NCBI GenBank assembly: GCA_051294905.1
Contig: CM119372.1
Location: forward strand, 8,248,001-8,312,000
Length of the DNA: 64,000 nt
Direction: 5' to 3'
Source of the DNA: Botryllus schlosseri
Lineage: Eukaryota
This document shows, one piece after another, positions 26,005-38,500 of this stretch. The notes under the pieces are model-generated. The model was given only the letters and a program-made list of their open reading frames with translations. It did not search any database and was not told where the DNA came from. Position numbers and translations under genes: made by a program. Position 1 is the stretch's first letter; each line of letters opens with the position of its first letter.

Positions 26005-27723
26005 GTTGTCTGCGCGTTCTCCATGTCATGCATGCCCGTAAAAACGAAGCATACTGAGATTAAAATTGCATCCGTTTTGAATTGTGAAGCTTGGGTCACG
26101 AGATTCAAATAAAACTCTGATTTGGGTCGCGGTATAGAAAGTTCAAGAACCACTGCTTAAATAGCCCTAAAACGGAAAAATTAGCATTTACAATAACTTG
26201 CCAATGTGAGTCTACTCTAAAGCATCATAACGATGCCCGATTGTGTTTTTCAGGGAAAGCAAGGTCGGGTAATAAATTCTGCCCTGAAATGTAACCAGCA
26301 GCAGTTTATGTAATACAAAAGCTGGCACATTTTTATGATCAAGCCAAGTTGTTGTAATGACTTTTCCACGTATCTCGCTTATTGGCCGATAGCACCCAAA
26401 ACAGTGTGCTCGGAAATCTAAAAACGATCCAAGGTTTATACGACCTTCTCTTTTCGTTTACAATGTTCTTCACCGTTGTGCAAAGGGCCGCCATGCGATA
26501 AGTGCTAAACCTTTATGTTTAATAAACAACAACAAACGATCCACCGGAAATCGCCCTACGCGCGAAGACTTTTTGTTGAAACTCAAATATTACATACTTG
26601 AAAGATCGTTCTGATGCCATCGCGGTCAAAAATTATACCCTTCGCGACCCATACTTTCAGAACTCCTGATATAAGGTTAACTGAAGACTTAGAGATAATA
26701 CGTATTTATATTAAAACAATTTTAATGTTGATTTGATGATAACGCTCATGCGTCAGAAACATTAACGAGATTTTATATACTGGCCATCCTGAATCAATTC
26801 GTAAAAATAGGTGATGAAAGTAGTCGTGGCGATTCTTAGGATGGGATGGAAATTTGAACATGTGAACAAAGATCGGCTTATAGATATGTTGATTCCGCGT
26901 TTGGTCAAGCATCAGAACACACAATGCTGATACCAGCATGTTACCTTCAAATGTGTATCAGCAAAGGGCTTACTGTATTAAACTTGCCCATTTCACGTTC
27001 TTTTGTGGGGACGACATCAATGTAATTTACTATTGTCTCAAATATTTTAATAATTTGGTGATTTATTTTGCACCTCATAATTTGATAAATTGTGCCTATA
27101 AATAGGATGTTTGGATTTAAATGGTGATGTGAATTGCATCAACAAATTCATTGTATTAATTTCATATTATGACAAGTAATACATTTTGCCTTACCATCGA
27201 CGCCGGGACAGAAGTATCTGTTGATTCTGTATTGATTACAGCATTCATAGCATTCATCTTCAGCTTTCCGCTTTTTGTATTACTTCGGACAACTCATTAT
27301 GAATGAGTTAAGACCGAAGTTCAAAATGATTTGCAACTAACTTCGCATATAGAGGAAGAATCTATCAAAAACACGAACCAATCGGTTTTTCCAAGTGCAA
27401 CTCTGAGACTTCTAATCTAAACTAAACTCATAATTGTGATCTGAACTACCGAAGCGTTTCAAAATGCGTAAGCCCGGAGGTCAAGCTATCGTGCAAACAA
27501 TAAAATCAAAAAGTGCAATATTGAGATCATTACTTACTAAATACCATGATAAAATATATTAAGAAAAAGTTTAATCAATTCGCTCTGGGAATTTGATTCT
27601 TTCATGAAAACGTTTATTAAGATTTGTATCACCTCGGTGCCTTCGCGGGCCGCACAAAATGTTGGGCCGTAGTTTGCCCAACCCTGGCCTACAGACACTC
27701 GATAAAGCCGACGTATACGACGT

Positions 27724-28345
27724 TGCTCTACCAAGTATGCCGGACCCCAATTGTGGAACAGCATCTCGCCGGCTATCCGACAGTCGTCGAGCATGTCCGC
27801 GTTCAAGTCGAAATATACACCAGGCCGATATTCTTCTTATTTTCCGTAACTGCCTCTAGCACGGCCCACCTCTAGGCTTTTTGTAAGACACCGCTGACGC
27901 GGATGAGGTGGCGAGGAGGAGCCTAGGTAAACCCCCAACACTTAGGTGTCGGAATTCGGAAGTCGACCTCGGTCGGACTCGAACCCGCACCCATTGGTGT
28001 TGCAGCCGCGGATTATACCACTGCGCTATCTCGCCACCCGCAGCAATTTCTTCTAAATGAATACTAGCCAGTCTTCAGGATTACCGGATCACGACCTAAC
28101 ATCGACCTCGCCCTCCGCCACATACCACCTCATTTTGTCGCTTGCGCCTTATATTCTCTGCATTACTTTTCATTCAGTGTGCATGCCTCTTATTTACTTC
28201 GCCTAGGCTAAGGTGGGTGTCTGATCTTAAAGGCTACTCCAAGTTGTTTCGACACCTTCCTATCTTTTCATTGTTTCGCAGTCTTGTGATGTTTCTGAAA
28301 CGATGAAAATATTAATAAACCTGATTGATTGATTGATTGATTGAT
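27724..28345 (+). mobile_element. 5'-truncated LINE 3' end (L2/CR1/Crack-like) with (GATT)n tail, interrupted by a SINE
   Basis: Encodes KYAGPQLWNSISPAIRQSSSMSAFKSK, typical of the ORF2 C-terminus; shares its 3' UTR with 34201-34428, 49886-50475 and 58809-58965; tandem GATT tail at 28322-28344. Confidence 0.85.
27815..28039 (-). mobile_element. tRNA-derived SINE
   Basis: Minus strand starts GGGTGGCGAGATAGCGCAGTGGT (A box) and has GGTTCGAGTCC (B box), then a non-tRNA body. Degraded siblings at about 10195-10280 and 57232-57425. Absent at the equivalent LINE position near 50170-50180. Confidence 0.85.
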
Positions 28346-28837
28346 GGGATGGTTGGAACCCTCAAAGTCGTCGGTTTCAATAGCAATAGTACAGAGATTT
28401 TGCCAAAGGAGCTATATTTTCCCTAACTTTTCAGTGGTCAATGTCAATCCCCTATGACATCACAATTGAATATTCGTGACGTCATGGCTTAAAAAAAAGC
28501 AATAAAAAGCATGCTTTAAAGGCCTTGTTTTAAACATGTTTGTTTTAAATTGATTTTTGTTTTAATTGCAACCCTAGTTCCATGGAACACGGGTTAAGAA
28601 CCACTGGCTTAAACAATACCTCTTGTATTTCAGTTAAAAATTACTTCACGTTCATTCGCCGTTGAATACTCAGCTATCATCAACTTCCTTTCGTCTTTTG
28701 TATGAATGCTGTACAGGGATATCACGATAGCTGGAGTTCTAGATATCTCTGATTCGGCATTAAGAACATTGATATAACAGAAGTTCGTGTTTCGAAGGGT
28801 TACGCTACCAATATATCCAGGCGATGGCGCACTCGGC

Positions 28838-28846
28838 AGAGAGAGG

Positions 28847-28896
<50 letters not shown>

Positions 28897-28902
28897 AATA
28901 GA

Positions 28903-28933
<31 letters not shown>

Positions 28934-28955
28934 GGACAGAGAGAGAGAGAGAGAG
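28838..28955. repeat. Imperfect (GA)n microsatellite upstream of N2
   Basis: GA run of about 118 bp with a few interruptions. Confidence 0.95.
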
Positions 28956-29563
28956 TGTGAACCACTACTTTTCAAAGTATTTGAGTGCGAAACTCCCACA
29001 TTATCTCCACATAGTACGTTGTTACATATTTAGGTCAGATATTATATATAATATAACCTTGATACAATATACATTGTGATAAATCATTATATTGATTAGC
29101 ATACACTCAAGTTTTGAGTTACATGGTTACCAGCATGTACATTACTTACAGAACACGCGGTTGTGCTATGTTATAGCTAATATATTATTAGATAATCAGA
29201 GCCATGACGCATTTCTTCACGAACGAATTCAACTGAACTAGTACGATATTTTTTTTAATAACTGATAAGTTACCCCCTTCGTGCAAAATAAGTTTAGATT
29301 ACGTCATGTTTACGAGACTGTATGTTGATTTATGAAGGTTGAAGTAAACGCAAAATGTGACGGGGATCTATATTATTGTGACGCTTCTGAACAGGAATGT
29401 CCCCGTTACAAAACGAGAATCGAGTCTGCTTAATTATACGTGACAGCCTCAAGGTATCGAAAATTGGCAGACGGTAAGCTGGTTCAGCTTCAGATCCAGA
29501 ATTTTATAACTTGTTACTGCAGTATAGGATAAAGTTTCTCAGGTTGTACAAAGACTGCGCTAG

Positions 29564-32500
29564 ATGAATTTACGGATAACTGCATTGCTACTCGCTTTTG
29601 CGATTTCCAGCATTGAAGGTAAAGATATCAAGTATATTACATGGAGTGCTCGCTTTACAGTCAAATATTGCTACAACGGCATATAATTTGAAAAGACACA
29701 TTCTGAAATAGATATCAATAGGAAGATGCCTGATTTTCATACTGGCATATAATTTGAGTGTTTACAATTTTTGTTGCAATGTAATATGTCGAATATGATA
29801 ACGAAATCATTAAATTGTATGCATGGAAAAGTAACTTTTCATCTCCCAAAACATACCGATTACTTTCTTTCGCATTCGAAATTAGGTTTTATATCCAGCA
29901 TTACTGATATCCAGCATTGCCCCATTGTGGTTCTCTCAGTAGTAGGGTTGGGAAAATTTGTAATTCGATTCCGAGCATTCATCTTCGAGTCAAGTACAGA
30001 GTATTCGAGCAACCCCATTTTATGATGTTATAGCAGCAATAATGATTTGAAAATATCAAATACTTACGTTTTTGCGACTGCAGGGAAAATGATGCCTGCA
30101 GTTACACGCCATCCGAAATAATTTCGTATTCCTTATTAAAAACTATTTGGTAAATACCATTGTGAGAGCCGATCATCCCTTGATAGAAATATCGTACCCA
30201 TGAATAATCGTAGCATGTTGTAACTTGTTTCACCGTACCGAGTTAGGACCAAGCGGGGTTTCGAGGCTATGATGGTGGGGATAAAGCATTGGAAGTATAT
30301 TATTTACTGATGCAGTATTACCATTGGATTATTTTCGTTATTGGAATAAAAGGACTCTCACTACTCTACTGGAATCACTAAAATCAATGCTCGACAAAGA
30401 TTCTAGTAATCGAATCGTTGTGCCTGCTGCCCTATATACGCAGTTAACACTATGTCACTTGGAATGTTACACCTCGACATGCATACTTCCGGGATAGTAT
30501 AAGGTAACGATCAATTTACACCAAAATGGGACTCCATCTGACCCAAATATTTCTGCGAGAGGAGGTTGCACCACACTTGGTCCCCCTGAAGGGTATGTCT
30601 ACTTACATATGAGCTGGGATAATTTGTTCATACCTAATAGTAGGAACGATGGACACCATCCATGTCAAGCGAAACTAGCTCAATTATCTATTTAGCACTT
30701 CACCCAATCGTTAGGTGAAAGTATCTCTGGAAACTAGAAAATGAAATCACGAATATTTATCATCTATAACACGAAAATGCGATAACGACTTTCGTATGTG
30801 CTTGTAACCTTTCAGTATCAAAACGGGGCTTTTACTCAGATTCGCCGCCGGCATTTGAAACTCGAACACAGCGAACAGTTAATAACAAGTCTTTACTATA
30901 GAGATGTGCTCAAAATTTATTTGTGCTGTGTAGTTAGTTTTGAAATAACCTACAGTGCGTTCTGCAAGTCGCATTGACGTCATTATGACAGCGATTATAT
31001 GACTTTTAACTCCTCGAAATTTTCAAAAGGTTACAAGTTATGAACTAAATAGCGACTCGAATTTGAAGCTTTGTCGGCACCCACGATCTATCTGAAACGT
31101 AACTTTGCGCGTAGGGTTGCATTTAAAACAAGCATTGTTTTAAAACACTTTGTTTAAAACGTGTTTTATGCAGTGTTTTAAACAAATGCCTTTAAAGATT
31201 TTTTTTCAAACGTCCAATTATGCCATACTTGTGTAAATAGTAAATACCTTCCAAAAACAAACAAAAAATGTATGAGCTTACGGACGATTTGCACCCAATA
31301 AAGTCGACGTATACGATGTGGGTGGTTGGAACCCTCGAAATCGTCGTCGGTTCAACAGTCATATCATGTAGATATAGGTCATTGGTACGGAACGGGTGTT
31401 CTGGTGATGAACACTACCTACCGTAAAAATGCTGCATAACGATTTAGTCCTGGTCAAAGATATTTTTGGTCTGTGTATGACAGTGGTCCAAAGACCCATT
31501 CGTCGAAGGAGTTATATTTACCCTATATTTTTTATTGTAAATGTTAATCCTCTGTGACGCCACAATTATAGATTCGTGACGTCATGGCTAAAAAAAAACA
31601 ATAAAAAACATGTCGTAAACAAGGGTCCTGTTTTAAACATGTTTTTTTTTAAACTGATTTTTGTTTTAAATGCAACCCTATTTGCGCGCAACTTGGCTCC
31701 TACACAACGGAATAAACTATACATTCAGTTAGCGGTGAATTCATGTTTACAGATTGTGATGTAAAACACACCCAAATCGTGACTTCCTAATTCCAAATCC
31801 GAATAACATAATTCACTAATTTCACCAGCGATCTGGGTTAGATGAATAAATTTCCTGTATATATGTCCTCTTTTGTGGATCCGTAAATATTGGGGGGGGG
31901 GGGGGAGAAAATTTGTGTCGAGTTTGAGAAGTGGGCGTTTATTCGAAAAAGGTTGGGAGCCTCTGCTTTAGAGTCTTGGAGCACAAAATCAACTGTTATT
32001 CAAAATAACAAAAGCTTTAAAACATGATTTTCCCACAAAACAAAATGTTCGCAAAAATATTGTAGGCTATTTCCGTGTGACTTCTGCTGTTTCCTTTCAG
32101 AGATTTCACAAATGAGAGCATCGTCGTATTCTTCAGTCGAAACGCAACAGCGTGGTATATTCTATAGTGATACCAATTACTTCATCGATAATGAGCTGAT
32201 AGAGATAGAGATAGAATTTCAAAAGGACAGGGTTTCGATTTTGAACTCCAACCCCCTTCACGACTTACCACCTGAACAGTCACAATTTGACAAACAATCG
32301 AATTTAATTAAGAACCACCGAGTAGAGTAATCAAACTAGTGGAGGATATTGATCGATTTTACAGTCCGCAATTATGCTGCATCTCCCTATCTGCTGAATT
32401 TCTACCGTGTCTTGACACATAGCTATGTATGTAATGGCTATACGCACGGTGATTCAGTTCAGTTTAGTCCTATAATTTCGTACATTACTCTACACTCTAC

Positions 32501-35500
32501 AGCATGTCATCATCGGCAAGCTACATTTCCACCGGATAGGTTTCCAGAAGAAGATTTTCGTCGCCGTCGCAAAAGAGGTCTTGCTGGCGGTGATGATGAC
32601 ATCATATACACTATTTATCCGACAAGTCAACCGACAGCCGTTGACGCAAACCCAGAGCTGAGTAGATTTTTTACCCAATGCATGTTGGAGAAGACTGGCA
32701 GCGTATTCAGATCGTGGAAAAGTGTAATTGACTTTGTATTCCGAGACACTCGATGGTACAGCGCAACAGAGGAACAGTATTGCCCGTAAGTATCGAGCGA
32801 GTTACATATAAGATACTATCGTGTTCTCAAAGGAAGTTGTTGGTGCTAGCTAAAGAAATCATTCATATGTGCCAAATTAAATCTACAGTAATTGAGGAAT
32901 TGCAATTAGTACTGTCGGCACCGGCAATGCGATAATTTGTTACTGACAGGGAAAATAGCGACACTGATCGACTAAGCACAAGCTGCTGGCAAGGACGTAT
33001 CAATTTTCTTCTCAAGGAAAACTCACAACTTAAATCAAAGGCAAAAGAGTGTATCCAAGAATACGCGTGGTCGCAGGAACGCGGTATGACATATTTGTGG
33101 ATATTCATCGAATACATCGCCGACATACGAGAGTATCCGTCCATGTATATTCTATATATTCAGGCTCTTCAACACTGATACGAGGCAAGCGACAAGTTTC
33201 CACCGGCTTTTCGTCAACAAGAGATCCATGTTTAGGAGTCACGATTGTCGCGTACGATAATTGTATTCGTGGCGGCCTCGTGACCCCTGCAAATTTACGC
33301 GAATACCCATCGTTACGGAGTTGGGATGCGGTATCGGTCGATAAGTTTGTGAAAGAACACGTATCAAACTGCAGGTACGCCATAAAACATGCATGCTGCT
33401 AAATGCAACTTGCCGTGAAACCGGGATTGACAGAATTTCATTTCAGGATCACATCTCGTCCCGTTGGTGGCAGGAACAGATACAATGAGGTGTGCCCACT
33501 GGTACCCAGCGGGCTACCGAGCTTTCTGCAACCTACCACGTCGCCCTGCCTGTCTGAAATCTACAATGAAATCGTCAGAACATCGTCGCCATTGTTTCCT
33601 GTTCAGAAATCGTGCACTGAAACGTTATCAGGTTCGTATTCGCCGAGACGCAACGTGAATTGTTTTTTTTTGTACGCTTCTCTGCTCTGCACTGTTGCTA
33701 GGATAGCAAACGTCACTGTTTTTAATGTGTGTCATCACAATGTCGTAAACTTCGTACGAACGAACGGTAATTCTCATCATAATTCTTTTTGTAAGGCATT
33801 ACAAGTTCCAATAAGACGTCGCATAGGTCTTTGGAATTGGACGTTGCATATTTTTGTACTTGATGCATCAGTTAGCTTCAGTAATTATTGTTGCTCATCA
33901 GCCGATGGCTTTCATATTTTCATCCGCTCAAGACACGCGATGCACAATGCGATAGAAAAGACTCAACGCGTGCTGCCGCTTATGAGGACATCTTCTCTAG
34001 ATTGGCAACGGGTTGTAATTTATTCCATTTGTCTGTTATTGAGTACACCGTCATCACTATGCGTTAGTAATCATCACACATTAACTTATTTTGTTTTGTT
34101 CCGTCCGTGACTGCGCTGAGGGCTCTCTCGTATTTTGAATTTCGTATTTTCCTCTGTGTGACGTTACAACTAGAGATACTGATTGTTGATAAACATAGTT
34201 TCAATTCAATCCAATTCAATCAGTTTATTAATATTTTCATCATTTCAAAACATCACAAGACTATGATACAATAAAAAGATAGGAAGGTGTCGAAACAACT
34301 TGGAGTAGCCTTTAAGATCAGACACCCACCTTAGCCTAGACGAGACAAAATGAGGTGGCATGTGGCGGAGGGCGAGGTCGATGTTAGGTCGTGGTCCTTT
34401 AATCCTGAAGGCTGGCTAGTATTCATTTTTTGGAGTGCTGCTTGCATTATAGCTGACGGTAACCCTGATGAGTGTCAGCTCGAAAAGCTTCGGGAATAAT
34501 ATGAATAGATTGTTCTAACAAGACACAATGCAAAGTAAAAAAACAGATCGATCTTGATCATGCTGTCTTTTCATGCTCTTTTTAATTGCGTCCTTTAATA
34601 CGTCCTTCCTCGGGTCATTTTTCTTGGCCTTTTATCCATAATTGCTACTTCATATATATATTATTATATATGATCTGATCATAACCATAAGTGGAATTAA
34701 TTATTACACACGAAAACATGAAATAAATGTCCGTGCTCCACCCCGGACAACCCCATAACCTTATTGTATACATCTCAGTCCAATTCGTTGTGACGACATC
34801 ACAATGGACCGGTGGTATTGATTTCGATTCATACCATTGCGTCTCCACACATGCAGTATTTTACAATATGCAATTGGTGTCTTCGTTGAATTTCTGTATT
34901 TCCGTCCTTATTCTGATAATATTTCACCCTGATAACAGGTAACCAGAAGTGCAGGAATGTGGTTTGCGGAAATCACGCGACCTGCGATGTAACCACCGGG
35001 CTCTGCAAGTGCGACAGCAGCTACGTGGAAAATAGTCTAGGACTTTGCGTCCGTGAGTATCACTAAATCTCTCCGCGAAGTCCGCGACGGACCGCAATAG
35101 ATGCAGACATATATTGTTTTCAGTTGAGAACAAATGCGCACTAGTTTTCTGTGGATCTCCTTTGGAAACTTGTAACCCAAGTAACGGACTTTGCGTGTGC
35201 ATAACCGGATATGAGAGGGACTCGACTGGTGTATGCAGAGGTAAAGGTTTAAATTGTCTAGCCTTTACTAAAACTGTAAAGCACTTCCTAGATTTCCGAA
35301 TTAAATGACTCGAAATATTACTCGCAGGCCGCATTGATAACTTCCCGGTAACATTTACGCCAAAATGAGCAATAGCCGGAAATCGTCCCGATTAAGGACA
35401 GAAAATCCTTATTACGATCATTCCATCTAATATTTTCACTATCTCGAAGCCAGAAGCGTAATACACGAAGTGTGCCAACGATTCTCTAATCTCTATCGTG

Positions 35501-38500
35501 TAAATATGAGGGTACATGTACTTGCACATAGGGTGATGCGCCGTACTGAAATCAGGTATTATGTATAAATGTGATGACTATAGAAATGGTGCGAACATTC
35601 TGTTCACGTTCCTGTTCGGTATGCGCACCGTGATAATACTTTACGTGCGGAAATAAACGTTTATAGGTTTTACCCTGTAAAACTTTTTGAGAAATATCAT
35701 TGTATCACAATAATCGTGTCATTTTCTATGTATAATTTGTTTGAATTTCGTCCTCGTATCACTCGAAAAACTAAGATAAGCTGTGTATGGTCAAATTTGC
35801 GTGAAATATCGCATTGTTCGGTCGTAAATATTGAATCGACTTTATTCCGTCACTGTTACCTGTTTGACCTGAAGACTGTCTATCCTAGCTATATGAAGAG
35901 TGAGATCATGAGCTGAGGTTTTCTGTAACGAAGTTCAGGTAGCCTACATCTGATTTTCGGAGAACTCAAACTAAATTTGTACTACTTGCACTGCTTCCGC
36001 AACCGGCTTCAAGGCATTACTACGTTTTTCTTAGACTTTTAATTTTCCTAGGTAAAAAGTAGTTTTGTAGTATGTTTGCATCACGTTTACGAGTGAAATT
36101 ATCATAGCAACTGGGGGGAAATAGCTTCTGTATCACGGTAACTGAATATATTTTGACAATTGTTATTTTACATCAGCCGCCAAGAGTAGTTTCGATTTCC
36201 CTTCCAAATTTCTACTTGTACTGAGTACAGATTTATTACCTTACCTCCAATTCTACTTGTGAACCAACTATGACTACTTGGCAATCTCTGATCATGAGCT
36301 TGTATCTCCCCGCACAGTAGCAGAGTTATCAACGTCCGATGCAACCACAAATGATACCTGGTCCAAAACCGTTTCCTCTTTGGGTTCGAAGATTCTCATC
36401 ATAACTGAACACAACTGTGAGAAAATTTGCGTCCCTTGCGGGTTGCAAAACTAAGCCCCGAACTATTACAATTTTATCAGCAAGTTGTTTAACATTATGA
36501 TGGGATATTTCGATCGATACACTAACACATAGCGACCGAGCACACTCTAATTGTAGGAAATATATTACTGCGGTAACAGACAGGGGATTAATAGACAGAA
36601 TGGGGAAATTTGAATTTCGATTGCAGTAGTATTGAAGTATCACGTGGCTTCATAGGAATAGGACGTCCGAACAAACGGTCTGTTAGATTTGAAGTATAGC
36701 AATTTCGAGAACCTAGAAAAACATGTTTTATTCACGTTGCGGATTATATTTTGAAATAATTCATAGCGCAATGTATTTTAGATATAAATCCGTGCAGAAA
36801 TGTCGTGTGTCGGGACCGGAACCAAGTATGCAACCCAAGAACAGGAAATTGTGAATGTCCCCCTGGGTACAGCACAGTCGGTGGGCTTTGCGTCAGTAAG
36901 TGATATCGGACTATCCCTAATGCAGAGGAAAGATGACATTATAAAACGCACGCGCGTTTCTTCAGTCCAACCAGCCGACCCGTGCCGAGGCGTAACTTGC
37001 GGAGCAAATCAAAAGTGCATTAACTTTGGTGGAAGAGGGTACTGCATCTGCGAAAGTGGATTCAGATTTGTTAACAGAGAATGTGTCGGTAAATATCATT
37101 CCTATCGATTTACCGAATGAAAGACTATCAGCTCCACTTCAATCCTTAATGACTTATTCAGGTGATGATATATGCAGCAGGATTGATTGCGGAGCCAACG
37201 CGGAATGTTCTAACATCAACGGCAGAGCTATGTGCAGTTGCGTAACTGGATACGTGCGAATAAATGACGCCTGCATAAGTAAGTTTATCTTGTGTCATTT
37301 ATTTTTACCACTGGTACTTCGGCCTGTACATTTTCGCTAATTATGCCCATTTCAACCGTAATTTAATAGACGTTAATTGGCCGATGATTTCGTAATCATT
37401 AGACTATATTCGTCCAGAGCGACGAGAACTAGATTATATTCATTAATTCACCGATTTAATTTGTCTGAATATAAAAACGTAGGGCAGCATAATCTTATTC
37501 TTGTGATTTCCTATGGTTACAATTATATTTGAAGACTTCCCACAACAATGACCATTTTTCTGTATGCAAGTGGGTCTACGGGAAGAATTTCGATCCTGGT
37601 CTCGATAAATATACTTGTACATGCTGTGTACAAAACTTGTATCCAATTTCTGCTGTCCGCGAAAAGGTTTCTATTCTGGTACGCTTGAGATAAGCTCCAA
37701 TGGGCTGCGAGAACGGAAAAAATCACCAAATTATACACATGATAACTTTGCATGCACATGAATATTGACAAAGTTTACTTAAAAACTGACATTTTAGATT
37801 TGTGTTGAGTACGTTGCAGACTTAAGCGTTTCGAGTGCTTCTCAAATTTGACGTTGCTCTAGGGAGTCTAGGCATTTCATTGCGGTACGAATTCAAACCC
37901 TTTATGAACTCACAGGACGCAACCCGTGCGCTGGAGTTCGCTGCGACCCCAACATGAGATGCGTCAGTGGGAATTGCGTGTGTCGTAATGGGTTTGTCCC
38001 GGCACCAAATAACAGACCAGGATGCGTTCCACAAGGTTTGAGCTTTCGAAGTCTTCAGAATATTATTGGTTCAGCTAATCGACCACGCGTTTGAGCACAC
38101 TTGTTGTTATGTCGTATCCGTGCTGTCTCTACATCTTGGCAGAAGTATGGTCGAAGTAGTCAACGTTTGTAGTCAAGTTGTCGTATAGAGGTGACGCCGT
38201 AAAATTCTACTCAATTGCAAGTAGCAGTCGAAAGTTTCACGGCATTTCAAAACTACATTAGGTAGAAAATATCGGAATTAAAAGTTCTGAATAAGTTTCC
38301 AGAAGTAGATTTGGTCGAGATGTGTCATACTCTTCGCAATTAATTGTAGGTGCCGTCTTTTCAATCGTAGCGCTTAGTTTGGCGACTGATGCGAAGTGAC
38401 TAATGACCCAATGAATAGGGGCAATTTTCGAGAACATATTCAAATACCCGGGTACTAGGGGGGGGGGGGATATTCAGTCCACTTGTTATGACAATCCCGC

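Noticed and set aside
27965..28039. tRNA-like sequence on the minus strand
   Set aside because: It has A and B boxes but no convincing acceptor stem and continues into a dispersed repeat body, so it is treated as a SINE head.
28630..28999. SLSLSL-rich minus-strand ORFs
   Set aside because: They are translations of the (GA)n microsatellite.
33403..34110. Longest ORF in the track (235 aa)
   Set aside because: Only 33447-33631 is exon (paralogy with N1, donor at 33632); the rest is intron read-through with no recognisable protein features.
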